A DNA stretch of 64,000 bases from Octopus vulgaris (Eukaryota): positions 115,134,001 to 115,198,000 of the forward strand of contig OX597816.1 of assembly GCA_951406725.2 (NCBI GenBank), given 5' to 3'. Of this stretch, positions 11,071-24,439 are shown piece by piece (the first letter of the stretch is position 1; every line of letters begins with the position of its first letter). The position numbers and the translations under genes were made by a program. The notes below the pieces were generated by a model that did not search any database, had not been told where the DNA came from, and saw only the letters and a program-made list of their open reading frames with translations.

Positions 11071-12869
11071 TTGTTGAATAAAAGTAAGAATAAAGAATAA
11101 TAACAGCAGCTAGACTAAATAATTATAATGACTTATGACAGTTGTTTGGAAATAGAAAAGTAAAAAAAGAATCAAGAGAAAAATAAAACAAATAAAAAGA
11201 AAAACTGCAAGTGTTATAAAAGAAAGAGAAGAGTGATGGGTCTATTGAAACTAGCTTTGGAAGGAGCCACAACACCCTACCAGCTTCTCTGTCTTCCAAC
11301 TAACACTTCAAGATATAAGCAGAAAAGAAAACAAAGAATTAACAGTAAGAACAATATCAATAACAAGACAAAAACAAACAGGAAACATTGTATTGATGAA
11401 GAACTCTTGTATAACTATTTCGACCACAACAACAAAAAAGAAAACAAAAATGCAAAAAACCCCAGAAAAATGCTTAATCTTTGGTCTGCGTTGCAAACCA
11501 TTTTGAACAAAAGCATATGCTTCCATATCACAGATTGTGTTTCTTCTTATAATTGCACATTTGAAAAGATGCCTTTCAGGGTTAAAAAGAAATAATAATA
11601 AAATAATACAAATAATAATGATATTAAAAGAAGAAAAAAGAGCAGTGCTTTATCAAAACAAAAGCTAAATGAAAAGAAATGAAATCTAAAAAAAAAAAAT
11701 AGAATAAAAATCAAAATAAATACATTAAAATAAAAGAGCTGAAAATTCTATACAGACACAGTCAAAAATTCATACAATCACACACCAAAATAAACTAACT
11801 ACATAAAACAGAAACTCTAATAACAAAAAGATCAAAAAATATCAAAAGATCTTATACTAAAATAAGAATGGAATATTTAAAATTGTCCTCTGCTTTTTGC
11901 CCCCTTTTAGTCTCAGGGTTAACAGGGATTTGAATCCTATGACATTTGTTCCTGTTTTAAACAAATTCATAACATTAATTGACTGGAAATAAAATTTTTA
12001 TGAGTTTTCTTTGAAAACGAATTAAAAAATTTCAAAGAAATAAATTTTTCAGCCATTTTTTAAAATTATTTTTTCTTTATTGTTCTTTTCGTGTATAATT
12101 GTTAGTCAAGATCATTTTGGTGGATATTGCTTCAAGTGAAGTACATTTGTCTCTATTTCCAACAAGAAGAAAATCAAGTTACACACTGTCTTGTTTATTC
12201 TTTTTATTTTCATCATCATTATCTTTTTTTATTTATTTTTTTTTTATTTTCAGAAACGAATATGTGATACAAATTAGAAAATGTTCTCAGACAAAACCCA
12301 CAACATGTGTTTTTACATTTTGTTAAAATTTTAGCCAGTTTAAAAGAAAGAAACAGGTTTTCTTTAATTTATTCTTTGTTATACAAACAAAAACTGATAC
12401 AATCACCCTTTTTTTATTTTTTATTTCTATTTTAATTTTTTTTTTTTTTAAATACCAAACATGTACAAAATGGAATGAAATTGAAAATAGTAGACCCTTC
12501 ATAATATTAGAGATCTACCAGTACATTCTCATTAAGAGGTAAATTAACAGAGTGGTTAGGGTGTCAAACAGAATGCCTTCCAATTATTTCTTTCCTGAGT
12601 TAAAATATTAACCCTGTCAACTTGGCCTTTCAGGTTTTCAGTGTCAATAAAGTATGAATGAAATCCTGGGGTGGATTCTTTGTTTTATTCCACTATTTTT
12701 TCATTTTCTCTCTCAGAATTGGCTGCCAGCTTGTGGAGGTGTGGTACTACTTCAGTTTATTTATGCACTAAAAACTTGCATCTGTCAGTCTAAAATCCAA
12801 GAAAGTAAACATCCCTAAGGCAAGTCATAGCTTAATATGTAAGGCATATATAATTAATTTAATGAAAGC

Positions 12870-13200
12870 AAAGTGGCAGAGTTCCTTTTGAGTGTTGGGC
12901 TTCATGAAGGCAATGACCAAAACCTTTGGCATTATGTCGTGCTTGAGAAAAAGACCCATCAAACCAAGCAAAATTGCAGTCATGGCAGATACCTGTGTCA
13001 TGGAAATGACACCTTTGCTGTGGCATGTATAAGCACCCATTACACTCTTGGAGTGGTTGGCATTAAGAAGGGCATCCAGTCATAGAAAACCGTGTCTAAT
13101 CAGGCTACAGCCTGGTACAGCCTTCCAGTATGCCAGCCCAGTCAAACCATCCAACCCATGCCAGCAAAGACAATGGATGTTAAATGCTTATGATGATGAT
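12870..13200 (+). mobile_element. Diverged RTE-tail-bearing short element with (GAT)n tail
   Basis: GAGTGGTTGGCATTAAGAAGGGCATCCAG...CCATCCAACCCATGCCAGCA...GATGATGAT matches 41320-41480. Confidence 0.75.
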
Positions 13201-14079
13201 GTGTATAACAGTGAGTTAACTTCGACAAATTAAGCATTTTCTGAATCATATTGGGCTGGTGGTTATTTCTGGTTCACATAATGTTAAGTGAGGAACAGAG
13301 AAATCTCCTACTGGATGGTCAACTGATCTATTGAAGGTAGATTTTCCAATAACCTAACAAACAACTCATCAATTTTATAATACTGTTACTGCCAGAAGCA
13401 TTGTGAATTACACTTACCTCAACTAGTGAATGGACTGAATCATTTGATCATTGGGTAGAATACTTCACAGTAATCATTTTAACCCTCCACTTTCTGACTT
13501 CAATGCTCACAGAGCTTTGGCTTTGCTCTACATTCTTTTGGGGGTGGAATCAATAACTAAAATATCAATTTAAAGTGGTGAACTGATACTATTTTTTTGG
13601 AGCATTGGATGAAATTCCTTGTGGTGTATGTTCAAAGTTTGGGTGTTGTGAGTTCAAATTCTACCACATATCACTGAAAAAAAAATATATATAATAAATA
13701 ATAAATAAAGCAATGATATTACTATCAAGAGTTAGGACATAGAGATACAAATAACAATTGAAAACCAATCAAAACATAGTTTTTTTCCTTCGCTTCACTC
13801 AGAATATCAGCAAAAATGCAATATATATCTACTTATAAAGATTGAAATGTCTCCAGTAATTGTAGCTATTAAGAAGCAGGTGAAATGTTAAGTGTCTTGA
13901 CAATGGATGTGATATGGCATTAGTGACAAGATATATGCAACCACCAGACTTAGTTGTTTATCATTGCATTGACTTAGCCCTCTTTACTTTCAGCTAAATG
14001 AATAATTTAATGTGTAACAAGCTTTGTGAGTACATTGGGTGCACACATAAGCCAGTGAGGAAGCACTTATGTGGCTGTT

Positions 14080-14410
14080 TAACTTGCAATAAATACAACT
14101 GGCACTCCACTGGTTATGATGATGAGGGTTCCAGTCAGTCTGATCAATGGAACAGCCTGCTCGTGAAATTAAAGTGCAAGTGGCTGAGCACTCCACAGAT
14201 ACTCATACCCTTAACACAGTTATCAAGGGGATTCAGTGTGACAAGGCTGGTCCTTTAAAAACAGTTACAACTCATTTTTGCTAGCTGAGTGAACTGGAGC
14301 TATGTGAAATAAAGTGCTTTGCTCAAGGACACAAGACATAACCGGGAATTAAACTTATCACCTTATGATCATGTGCCGAATGCCCTAACCATTAAACCAC
14401 GTGCCTTCAC
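14080..14410 (-). mobile_element. tRNA-derived SINE, family C variant
   Basis: Minus-strand head GGCACGTGGTTTAATGGTTAGGGCATTCGG and core TGTGTCCTTGAGCAAAGCACTTTATTTCACA. Confidence 0.75.
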
Positions 14411-16488
14411 TTGCAATGAATAGTTTGCTATAAATAACAATATGACACTCATATCACACTGTACCATCTCTAAAAAGAAACAAGGTGAATACACATTGGA
14501 TATAGTATTCCTAGATATATAATTCTTGAAAGATATGTAATGTTCACATCTGGAATTCATTTAGTCCTACATCTGCTTCATTGTGGTTTACCTAGAGTTA
14601 AACAACAATGATAACATCAGTATCTTTTCAAAACAACAAGATGTTTCTAATGACTGATTTTCTGGTTTTATTGTCCAAGTAGTAAAACTACTCAGTTCCC
14701 CATGAACATAGCTGTATCGTATCAAACACTTATAAGCAAACCATTGATTACAGCAAATACTCCAGATATTCTAAGTTAGCTACAAGATATTCAGTGAGTC
14801 ACTTTGGGTCTGTCTTCAGTATTTGATCAGCTCTCCAGTCGTGACATCTCTAATGTAGTGCATGGTATCATGAGATTTATTTCATTGTCATTTTAAAAGA
14901 TGAAAGGAATTTGTGTTAAGAGATTTGGCTACAACATAAAGTAGGTCAAGAGACTACACAGAAGCTCTCTCTTACTGGCTTGATAGTGGCTGTATCTTTT
15001 TTTTTTATTAATGTTCAGTGGTCTGTACTTCGTTCAAAGTTAAGCATATGTATTTACTAGGCCTGGCAATGAATGATCTTGTATAACATTGAATCTTCAT
15101 TTTCATTTTTTTCATTTTCTTTTTTGTTATATTGTTCTTTATTTCTCTGTTTGATATGTCAACCATAACATGGAGTGAATTCGAATTCTTCAAGCCACAC
15201 AATGGCTGTATCAAATTTTCTGGATGGTTCAACAGTTTTTGCTTGAGTGGATCTTGTTATAACAATTCTTTGCTTTTGACCTAGTTGCACTGATATTATT
15301 ATATCAATCCTGGCAATAGTTTCATAGAATTAAGATGTTTTAACAGTAGTGGTGTTGAGCTAAATAAAAATACACACACGCATACAAAAAAACAAACAAA
15401 AAAACGGAATTGGTTTATTGGTATAGTGTTTAATTCGGATTTCTTTAGTATTAAGCTGATGAGGAACAAGTTCCACAAGCACTGAGTTCTGTTTTACAGC
15501 AGATACTGCTCCTTGAATGCTTGTGAACTTAATTATTAGCTAGGCCAACTAAAGCAATAAAAAAAATAAAGAATTTTAGTCTGAGACCTCTGGTAAAACT
15601 GTAAAATTGACACAGACAAATGGGTCATTAAAGAATAGGATAAAATACCTTGGGGTATTTGCCTCAGTTCTCAGTACTCTGAGTTCAAATCTCATCAGAG
15701 TGAGCATTGTCTTTCATCTTCTTGGAATCCAGTCTAAGATGACGCTTTAGAGAATTTACCTCAATTCACAGTACTGTGAGTTCAAATCTCATCAGAGACA
15801 ATGTTATCTTTCATCTTTTTGGAGTCTAGTCCTGATTGACTGACTTAATCCATCACCTGGTTTAAGACTTCTACTTGGGCCTCGGAAGCCTTTAGTTGAG
15901 TTCACTCTACTGTACGCATTTACACCAAGTCTCCAGTTTGGAAATAACTTCCTTTCTTTTTTTCCTTCTTTCTTCCTCTAAATTATCTCAGAGGCCTTAA
16001 AGGGGTAACAGATCATATGCAGTGCTATTATTTTAGTGACGAAACCCTAAAAGTAAAGGAGACACATGCAAACACTCACATATGTATATATGAACAATAA
16101 TGTACACACCTATACATGTATGTATATACAAATAATGAGACACATACAACATACTACAATAGTTAGTCCATTGTATCACATAAAGACACTCATGCTTGGC
16201 ACAATCTTCTAACTTGCCAGTTCCTGTCAAACTGTGCAACACATACCAGCCTTGGAAAGTGGACATTAAATGAGGATGATAATGATGACATATAAATATA
16301 TGTGTGTGTATATATATATATTTATTAGGTGCAGGAGTGGATGTGTGGTAAGTAGCCAGCTTCCCAACCACATGGTTCTAGGTTTAGTCCCACTGCATGG
16401 AACCTTGGGCAGACGCCTTCTACTGTAGCCTCAAGCTGACCAAAGCCTTGGGAGTCAATTTGGTTGACAGAAACGGAAAGAAGCTTGT

Positions 16489-16521
<33 letters not shown>

Positions 16522-16524
<3 letters not shown>

Positions 16525-16906
16525 CAAATGGATAAACAATGGATAAATTTGTCTTCTGTGAGTATGTAATCCCTCATCATATCTCTGGAAATTCATATGT
16601 GCACTATGGATTAGGTCACCTTCTCTGTGATGCTATTAAGACTTTTTTAAAATTCTGTGATAAGACTGTACATCATCTTTAAAGAACTTTAATGAACTTT
16701 TGAAATCTGTTTATGTTACTTAATTATCTACATTACTTCATGAGTATAGCCTCAACCACTAGGATGTCTAGAGAACTCACATGTATTTTAGCTGATGAGT
16801 ACGGGACACGTTTATATGCTGTAATTTTTGCAACTTTTAATAAAACCTGTCCTTGTATGAAACGATTGTACTAAAAACCTATCCATTCTTGTTGCTTCAT
16901 TCTCGC

Positions 16907-16907
<1 letters not shown>
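16522..16907 (+). mobile_element. Short non-coding element in (TA)n carrying a hammerhead ribozyme (Penelope pLTR/retrozyme-like)
   Basis: Unique ~390-bp sequence bounded on both sides by (TA)n; contains the fold at 16786-16876. Confidence 0.6.
16786..16876 (+). ncRNA. Type I hammerhead ribozyme
   Basis: Stem I TTTTAG(16786-91)/CTAAAA(16871-76); core CTGATGA(16792-98); stem II GTACGGGACA(16799-808)/TGTCCTTGTAT(16848-58); GAAA(16859-62); minimal stem III AC-gatt-GT; GUA cleavage triplet ending at 16870. Confidence 0.75.
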
Positions 16908-16941
<34 letters not shown>

Positions 16942-18049
16942 TCATATATATATATATGTTATGTATATCTATATTTCTGTGTGTGTATGTTGTATATATA
17001 TATATATATATAACATTTTACCTATCTTTGTCATTAGTCTGTGGCCATATTCATTAATGTAGTATATGGATTTCACAGAGTTTTCATTTCTTTTAAACTT
17101 AGTAAATCCCTAACTGATCTATAGTGCTAGCCTTCAAATCATGCCATTTCAAATATTCTTCCCAGATCGGGTGCAATTTTTTTTCATGAACAGATGTGTC
17201 CTATCATTCATAACAAATCAGACAGTTAGCCATATAATCAGAGAACTTACTGAAGAATTCCAACATAACTATCACTCTGACACACTACTAGAGTGCAAGA
17301 CTGACAGACCAATTCCTTTGTTAAAAGAAAAGAAAAATTTGAAAATCCTCAAAAAATCCCAAAACACTTCACATGAAATATTTAGTTGTAATGTTAGCTT
17401 TCCTGTTTTCCATACATTTGCTAATTTCTTAACTTCCAAATAAATTTTTTTTATTACCAGAAGTACAGTTGTATATTTTTTCTTAATGAAATTGGAATGA
17501 ATTTTTTGAAATAAAGTTTATATAATTTTTTTTCCTGAATTAAATTAAGTTTTTCATTGGTTTGTAACACTTTCTGTCATCACTACTGATAGATGTGTGC
17601 GTGTGTTTGTGTGTGGATGTGTGTGTGTGTTTGTGTTTGTGTGTGGATGTGTGTGTGTTTGTGTGTGCATGTGTGTGTATAGTTGTTAGTATGAAAGTGT
17701 GTCTGTGCATGTATAGTATGAAAGTGTGTCTGTGCATGCATGTATGTGTGTACATGTATGAATTTTTGTATGTTTATTTAAAAGGTATTTTTTAAACTTT
17801 GCCTTATTTCTTTTTTTATACATTGCAGCAGAGGATATATTTTTTCATGACACACACAAGCAAAGCATACACATGGAAAACACATACTTCCATATATAAA
17901 TATATATATAAATGTGTAAATATATATGTATATATGTATATATATATATATGTGGTATATATATATATATTTATATATACATACACACACACATATATAC
18001 ACATACTTCACACACACACAATTATGTGTATGTATAAATATATATATAT

Positions 18050-18335
18050 ACATACATATATATATGTGTATATATATATATATATATATCCACATATATT
18101 TACATACGTAGGTACATACATGCATACATATATATATGTATATATATATATATCCACATATATTTACATACATAGGTACATACATGCATACATATATATA
18201 TGTATATATATATATATATATCCCCATATATTTACATACGTAGGTACATACATGCATACATATATATATGTATATATATATATATATATCCACATATATT
18301 TACATACGTAGGTACATACATGCATACATATATAT
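18050..18335. repeat. Minisatellite, about four copies of a 65-70 bp unit
   Basis: CCACATATATTTACATACGTAGGTACATACATGCATACATATATATATGT(AT)n repeated at ~18090, 18154, 18222 and 18290. Confidence 0.9.
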
Positions 18336-18336
18336 G

Positions 18337-18380
<44 letters not shown>

Positions 18381-18931
18381 GCATTATACTTACATACATA
18401 TATATATATATATTTATGCAAATTATGTACAGAGATACATTTATTCACATTTATATAAATGTATGTATTTATATTTACATGCGTATATTCATGCTTGACA
18501 TTGTACTTATATATTTATGTTATATGTGTACATGTATGCTGGCTAGTTAGACTCGATTTCAGCATTTTAATTTCATATGGCATATTCTAGCATTCATATA
18601 AACACACCTACATACACAAATACACAAACACACAAACACACACACACACATGCATGCATGCATGCATAATCAATTTAAATGAAAAGAAAATAGTCCTTAG
18701 TTATTTTACTGATAAGAAACTTAAATATAGTGTTAATTGCAAAACTCTCTTCATGGTGAGATTTGATTGGAAACAGTAATATCTGTGTTGTTATTAGATT
18801 TATATTTTTATGCATTTTATATCTATTTTTATGTTTGTATTTGTATTTGGGAACAAAAGTGTTCTTACATGCTTCCATGTACATGCTCCCAATGGACCAA
18901 TATCTGGTTCTTTAGGTTTCTGATGATGAGA

Positions 18932-19225
18932 AGGTAAAGGTAAGATAAAGCAAGGTAAAGTTACTTTCTCGAGTCATACAGACTCATAAGGGCTGGTTTC
19001 TCCATTTCATGGCATATACATTCCCAACCTGGATGGGACGCTAGTCCATTGCATGATTACTCATTTTTGCCAGCTGAATGGACTGGGGCAACATGAAATG
19101 TAGTGTTTTGCTCAATAACACAAGGCGACACTCAATCCAGGAATTGAAACCCCAATCTTACAATCATGAGTCCAACACTGTAACCACTAAGCCATATGCT
19201 TTCTGTAACCACTAAGCCATATGCT
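18932..19225 (-). mobile_element. tRNA-derived SINE, family C, with a duplicated 5' end
   Basis: Homologous to 747-1000; CTGTAACCACTAAGCCATATGCT is tandemly duplicated at 19178-19225. Confidence 0.8.
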
Positions 19226-20099
19226 GTCCATATGAGATGGACAAATGTATGCCTGTAGCTCTGTATCTTAGGGTCACACAAGAGACTTTATTCCTAAAGT
19301 ACTGTTTTCTTTTTAGTTTTCTGTCTAGTGTTTCAGTCTCTTATTGATGTGCATCAGGGAAGGACACCTGCATGCAGACAGAAAATACACATGCAAACAA
19401 ACACACATATACATATATACAACATAAACACTTCCCTAATATAGCTAGGACTGCATCCCAAAAACTAGCCTTTCTCAGAGATGGAAATTATTGCATCACC
19501 TAGAAGCTACCAACACTCTGCAACAACCTCGCTCAAATGTTTTTTTAAAAATAAGTTGATGAACAGACAGTCATGGCTGGGATGCATTTGACTTTTAGTT
19601 TGTTTGATTAGGGCTGTCCTGGGACTAAACAACAACAATATCACAACATTCAGTAATCCAATAAGAAAATCACAGTAGTTGTACAATACAATGTAAAATA
19701 ATACAAATATCACATAAATATATCTGTGATTTTTAATTAAAATTTAGAACAAATGGATATTTAATTATAAACAATTATCTACAAATAAATCTTATAATTA
19801 TAAGAAATGGCATTTTAATTAAGTATTTAATAATTAATTATTCTCTCCTTAAACTCACATCAGTACTTTCATTTTCACTTTCACTACCTTCCTCTAATGG
19901 AGCTTCTACATGGACACTCAATTTGCTAGATATAGCAGTCAAATATCCCTAAAATCATTCCTTGCAGTCTTAAAAAAATGAGCATGTTAATGTGGTCTTG
20001 AATTCTTTGTATGTAGTAAAAAGATGGGTTGATCATTGCAGGAATGTCTTTTATCTTAGTGTTCTGCAACAATGACTCTTACATAGCATAATATTTAAG

Positions 20100-20795
20100 A
20101 GGCATAGGCATGGCTGTGTGGTAAAAAGTTTTCTTCTCAATCACATCGTTCTGGGTTCAGTGCCACTGTGTGACACTTTGGACAAGTATCCTCCACTATA
20201 GCTTTAAGCTGACCAAAGCTTTGTAAGTAGATTTGGTACATAGAAATGGAAAGAATCCTGTCATATATATATATATATATATATATAATTGAAATTTACA
20301 GAAAAACATAAGATGAAGACAGGTGTATAAACAACAAGCAGGTGTATTAGTTTGATGCTTGGGAAAGTGAGAAAGTCTTTTATATTTCAAGCCTATGCTC
20401 TTCAACAACAGAAAGAAATAAGAGAAAGAGAGAAAATAAAAAAAAAAACTTGTGGATTTAACGATTAGGCATAGTAGCTGGTTGGGAAAAAAACGTTTTG
20501 ACAGAAGAGGTAGAGAGCAGAGGAGATAATAAAATATTGGTGATCCCACTATAAATATATGTATCTATGTATATAAATGATTATGTGTGTGTTTTTGTGT
20601 CTGTTTGTTCCCTTCCACTGCTTGACAACCAGTGTTGGAGTGTTTACATCTCACATCTCCATAAATTAGTAGATTGGCAAAAGAGACCAATAGAATAAAT
20701 ACCAGGCTTTACTGGGGTTAATTCATTTGAATAAATTCTTTGAAGTAGTACCCCAGTATGGCTGCAAGTCTAATGACTGAAACAAGTAAAAGATA
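20100..20795 (+). mobile_element. Family-A SINE interrupted in its central (TA)n by a pLTR-like unit
   Basis: Head TGGCTGTGTGG/GGTTCAGTGCC at 20110-20165; the 3' half resumes at ~20585. Confidence 0.8.
20287..20550 (-). mobile_element. (TA)n-inserted pLTR-like unit with a degenerate hammerhead motif
   Basis: Reverse complement is homologous to 31255-31450 (CTTTCTGTTG..GAAGAGCATAGGCTTGAAATATAAAAGAC). Confidence 0.65.
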
Positions 20796-21230
20796 ACATC
20801 TATATCCTTTCCCAACAATCAACTTATTACATCACTACCACACTATTCTTCTCCAACCATTTTACTACTTTTCCAAAAAAATCAAACTTTGCTCATTCCA
20901 GCATGCTGACGACTATTTAAAAGCTTTTATCCCTACATGTTCAGGACCAGTGTTTGTATTAGACAAATTTGATTACTACTTAGGGAGCTAAAATCGGGTG
21001 ACTAGGCAAATTTTGACAACTGTGATGAGATTTATTAATCCAAATAAAGTTCAAACACTTATTAGTGCAGCCATGTCTGTGTGCTTAAAAAGCTTGCTTT
21101 GTGACCTCATAGTGTTGGGTTCATTTCCACCGTACAGCACCACTTTGGATTGACCAAGGCTTTGTGAGTGAATTTGGTACATGGACACTGTGTAGAAGCC
21201 TATTATATGTATATATATATAAATAAACTA

Positions 21231-21770
21231 ATAAGGAGAATACAGAAGGCGGTCGAAAAAGCCAGCTTCTATATATGGCTGAAGCAAGAAGACCAAAAAA
21301 TGGCTTGAAAGTCATAACATGCTGGCAGGAAAATAACATCACTAGGTGAGACATCATGACACTGAATTAGCTTCGCTGATTGACAGGTGATGGTCTCATT
21401 TAGAGAATGCGTGGGCTAAGACTATGTGTCCTCCATTGGTCAGTTAAATTTGAGAGAGTGTCATGTGACAACTTGCTGGGGCTGCCTGCTGGAGCCTAGC
21501 AGCAGGTATTTAAAGGGAAATTTGACAAGACAGTCAGTTGCCCGCTGACACTCGTTGATGTTACATCGAAGAGGCCAGGGAACAGAAGAAAGAAGAAGAA
21601 AGAAGACATGCACTCAACACCAGAGCTGAAGACACCTCTGAAAGGGGGCCCCGCCATGTCAAAATGGTAGAGGAGTAGGGGCCGAAACCAGATGTGGTTC
21701 CTCTTGATGATGTCTTGAGCTAACTGGATCCTATAAAGGAGCTCTTGTGGTAGCAGACCTTGAAACACGG
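21231..21770 (+). mobile_element. 3' end of an RLE-type (HERO/NeSL-like) non-LTR retrotransposon
   Basis: RRIQKAVEKASFYIWLKQED resembles the A.E.AS.W.WL.R.D C-terminus of these elements. A GC-richer putative 3' UTR follows; its right boundary is uncertain. Confidence 0.45.
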
Positions 21771-22049
21771 TTGAAATTCCTATGTGGGGTGTGTGTGAGC
21801 GTAGTGTCAGTGTTTGTGTTCATACTCCCATCACTTGACATCTAGTATTGCTTTATTCAAATCCTTGTAAATTAACAGTTCAACAAAAGCAACCAATAGA
21901 AAATATACCACACTTAAACAATAAGTACTTGGGTAAATTTGTTCAACTGAACCCTTTATGTGCAGTATACCAGCATGGTCACAGTGCAATGACTGAAACA
22001 AAAAGAAGATAAAAGATATAAAGAGAGTAGGTGAGGTTACTTTTGAAAC

Positions 22050-22425
22050 ATGCTAATTAATGCATTCGAGCTTTGGTGTTGGAGAAGACTTTTACGGATT
22101 CCATGGACAGTGAGGCTCACCAATGGAGAAGTTCTTAAGCAGATAAGGCCGAAAATGCCGCTAGAAGCTAGGATCACCAAGCATAGATTGGCATATTTCG
22201 GTCATATTATGTGGAGAAAATCCCTGGAGAAGGACATCATGCTCGGAATGGTCAGTGGCAAGAGAGGAAGAGGCCGACCAAGAACCTGCTGGCTTGACAC
22301 CATCAAGAATGATACCGGAATGGACATAGCCAATCTGAAAGAAGCGGCCCAGGATAGAACTGACTGGAGGACACTGATCCAACAAGTGACCGAGAGTCGA
22401 CTTTGACTGAGCGGATAGAGAGAGA
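22050..22425 (+). mobile_element. RTE (BovB-like) LINE C-terminal fragment
   Basis: INAFELWCWRRLLRIPW...RLAYFGHIM..SLEKDIMLGMVSGKRGRGRPRTCWLD..AQDR..WR, followed by a (GA)n tail. Confidence 0.9.
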
Positions 22426-22464
22426 ATGATTCTTTCAGCTCACCACCTTGCACTTTGATACATC

Positions 22465-22680
22465 AATTTCAAATTTTGGCACAAGGCCAGAGATTTTGTG
22501 AGAGGGAATAAGTTGATTAGATTGACCCCGGTGCTGAACTGGTACTTATTTTATCGACCCAAAAAGGATGAACGGCAACATCAGCTTTGGTGAAATTTGA
22601 ACTCAGAATGTAAAGATGAATGAAATGCTACTTAGCATTCTGTCCAGCATGCTAACAATTCTACCAGTTCATTACCTTAA
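22465..22680 (-). mobile_element. tRNA-derived SINE, family B
   Basis: Reverse complement of the 45512-45730 type. Confidence 0.8.
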
Positions 22681-22994
22681 CTCACCCACTAATATTACAA
22701 GTCAATTGAGAGAGCCTATATATGGTTGCCTGGCTTAGAAAAAACAGTCAAATTTTGTATAAATTCACATCAAAGTCTTACTATCTACTCACTGGATCAT
22801 CACCCATGCTCAAGAGCATCCTCAACTCTCTCTTTTGTTCTTCCTCAGTTATTGGGACCCTTAAGGACCTTAGCCTTGCTCAAGTTATGAGGTAATTGCT
22901 TCTAGTGCTAGTGCCACAATAATAAACCCAGTAGACTCTATAAAGTGGTTGTCAAACTATTCAGCCCATGCTTGCATGGGTTGGATGGTTAAAT

Positions 22995-23598
22995 CAGGCA
23001 TGAGCAGGGCCAGATTAAGACCCAGTGAAGCCCTAAGAACTTAAAAGATTTTGGTACCTCATAAAAGATTATGTAATTCAAAATATAAACAATGACAAAC
23101 TATAAAATAATTTTTTATTTTCCAAAATGAAACAAAACAGTAAGAAGGAAAATAATGTTTATTTTTGTATACGTCCATTTTATTTATATTTGAAAAGTTT
23201 CCTCCTACTTTTTTGAATTGCAAAGTTTTTGATCTGATCCTCAAAATTAATCTTAGGTAACACATCAGCATCTATACTTAGTACAGATAAAAGCATCCCG
23301 GATATTATTTTAGCAAGTTTAAAGTGATTTCTTTTGTACCATAAACCATTTACCATTTCTGTGGTGTCCCTTCTTTCCCTTGATGCCCTAAACACGTGCT
23401 TATTTTGCTTAATGGTTAATCCAGCACTGGGCATGGGCAACCTTGTTTTGAGAAGCAGGCTATATGTGATAGATCTCATCTTCTGACAGGCCTACTAAAA
23501 CACTAAAAAAAATGTCAAGATAATTTTTTATTGGGCATGCCACTCAGAAAGTCCTGTAGGCTGTATGTGGACTAAAGGCTACAGTTTGCCCATGAGTG
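22995..23598. mobile_element. hAT (Charlie-like) MITE with an 8-bp TSD
   Basis: TSD GGTTAAAT at 22987-22994 and 23599-23606; termini CAGGCATG(G)GCAA / TTGCCCATGAGTG. Confidence 0.75.
23005..23429 (-). mobile_element. Internally deleted hAT (Tip100-like) element with an 8-bp TSD
   Basis: TIRs CAGGGCCAGATTAA / TTAATCCAGCACTG; TSD GGCATGAG(22997-23004) / GGCATGGG(23430-23437). The minus strand encodes LSVLSIDADVLPKINFEDQIKNFAIQKSRRKLF (hAT C-terminal dimerisation region). Confidence 0.85.
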
Positions 23599-23998
23599 GG
23601 TTAAATGATGGTGATGATGATGATGATGATGATGATGTAATAGCTAATTAGCTAATTTAATTCTAGATAAATTTTGTCTGTAAACAAGTTAATGTTATTA
23701 TAGTTGTAATACCTTTGATCATAACATGCTCAGTGAGAGTTAACCTTGGGTTAAACAACAACAATAACAGCAGCAGCAGCAACAAAAACAACAACAACAA
23801 CTCATGAACTAACACCACAATGACTATCAAATAAAGGCAATACTAACAAATATCAAATATGTCAAAAATTTTACTTTGAAAGCACAAAAGCACACACAAA
23901 AACACACATAAACACACACACACACACACACACATGTACACATACATAAATACACACACACATATATATATATATACTATATAAAAACTCATATACAA

Positions 23999-24077
<79 letters not shown>

Positions 24078-24439
24078 CAGACTTTATGAAAGAAAGAACA
24101 AAGGAAAGAAAACTAAATGTTGTAAACAATGATAGTAAGTTGATATTTGTTTCCGTATCAGTGATTTTATACAGAAAATATAAAGCTGATATTATCTTAC
24201 TGAATATTTTGTTTAAATATTATGTTATAAAGAATGATATCAACACATGAATATCCATATCAGATATCAGGAATATTTCTTGCTACAATGATTTCTTTTG
24301 ATTATGAACTGAGCAACATTTTCAAATGGAGAATAAGTGATTGAATTTCCTCCTTGTCTTCTTCATTGTTGTTGTCTTTGTTGTCGTCGTCATCATCTTT
24401 CTCCTCTTCTGTTGTGCAGTAGATATCAATGGCCATTAA

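Noticed and set aside
15456-15530. CTGATGA followed by a hairpin (AAGTTCCACAAGCA/TGCTTGTGAACTT)
   Set aside because: No GAAA or NUH after the stem, so not a hammerhead; at most a decayed one.
17778-18550. Long Tyr/Ile-rich ORFs and a regularly spaced repeat that looks CRISPR-like
   Set aside because: The spacers are just variable (TA)n, there are no cas genes and the context is eukaryotic: a minisatellite.
21683-21715. GAAAC...TTGATGA permuted hammerhead-like motif
   Set aside because: No room for stem I, the core C is missing and stem II is unconvincing.
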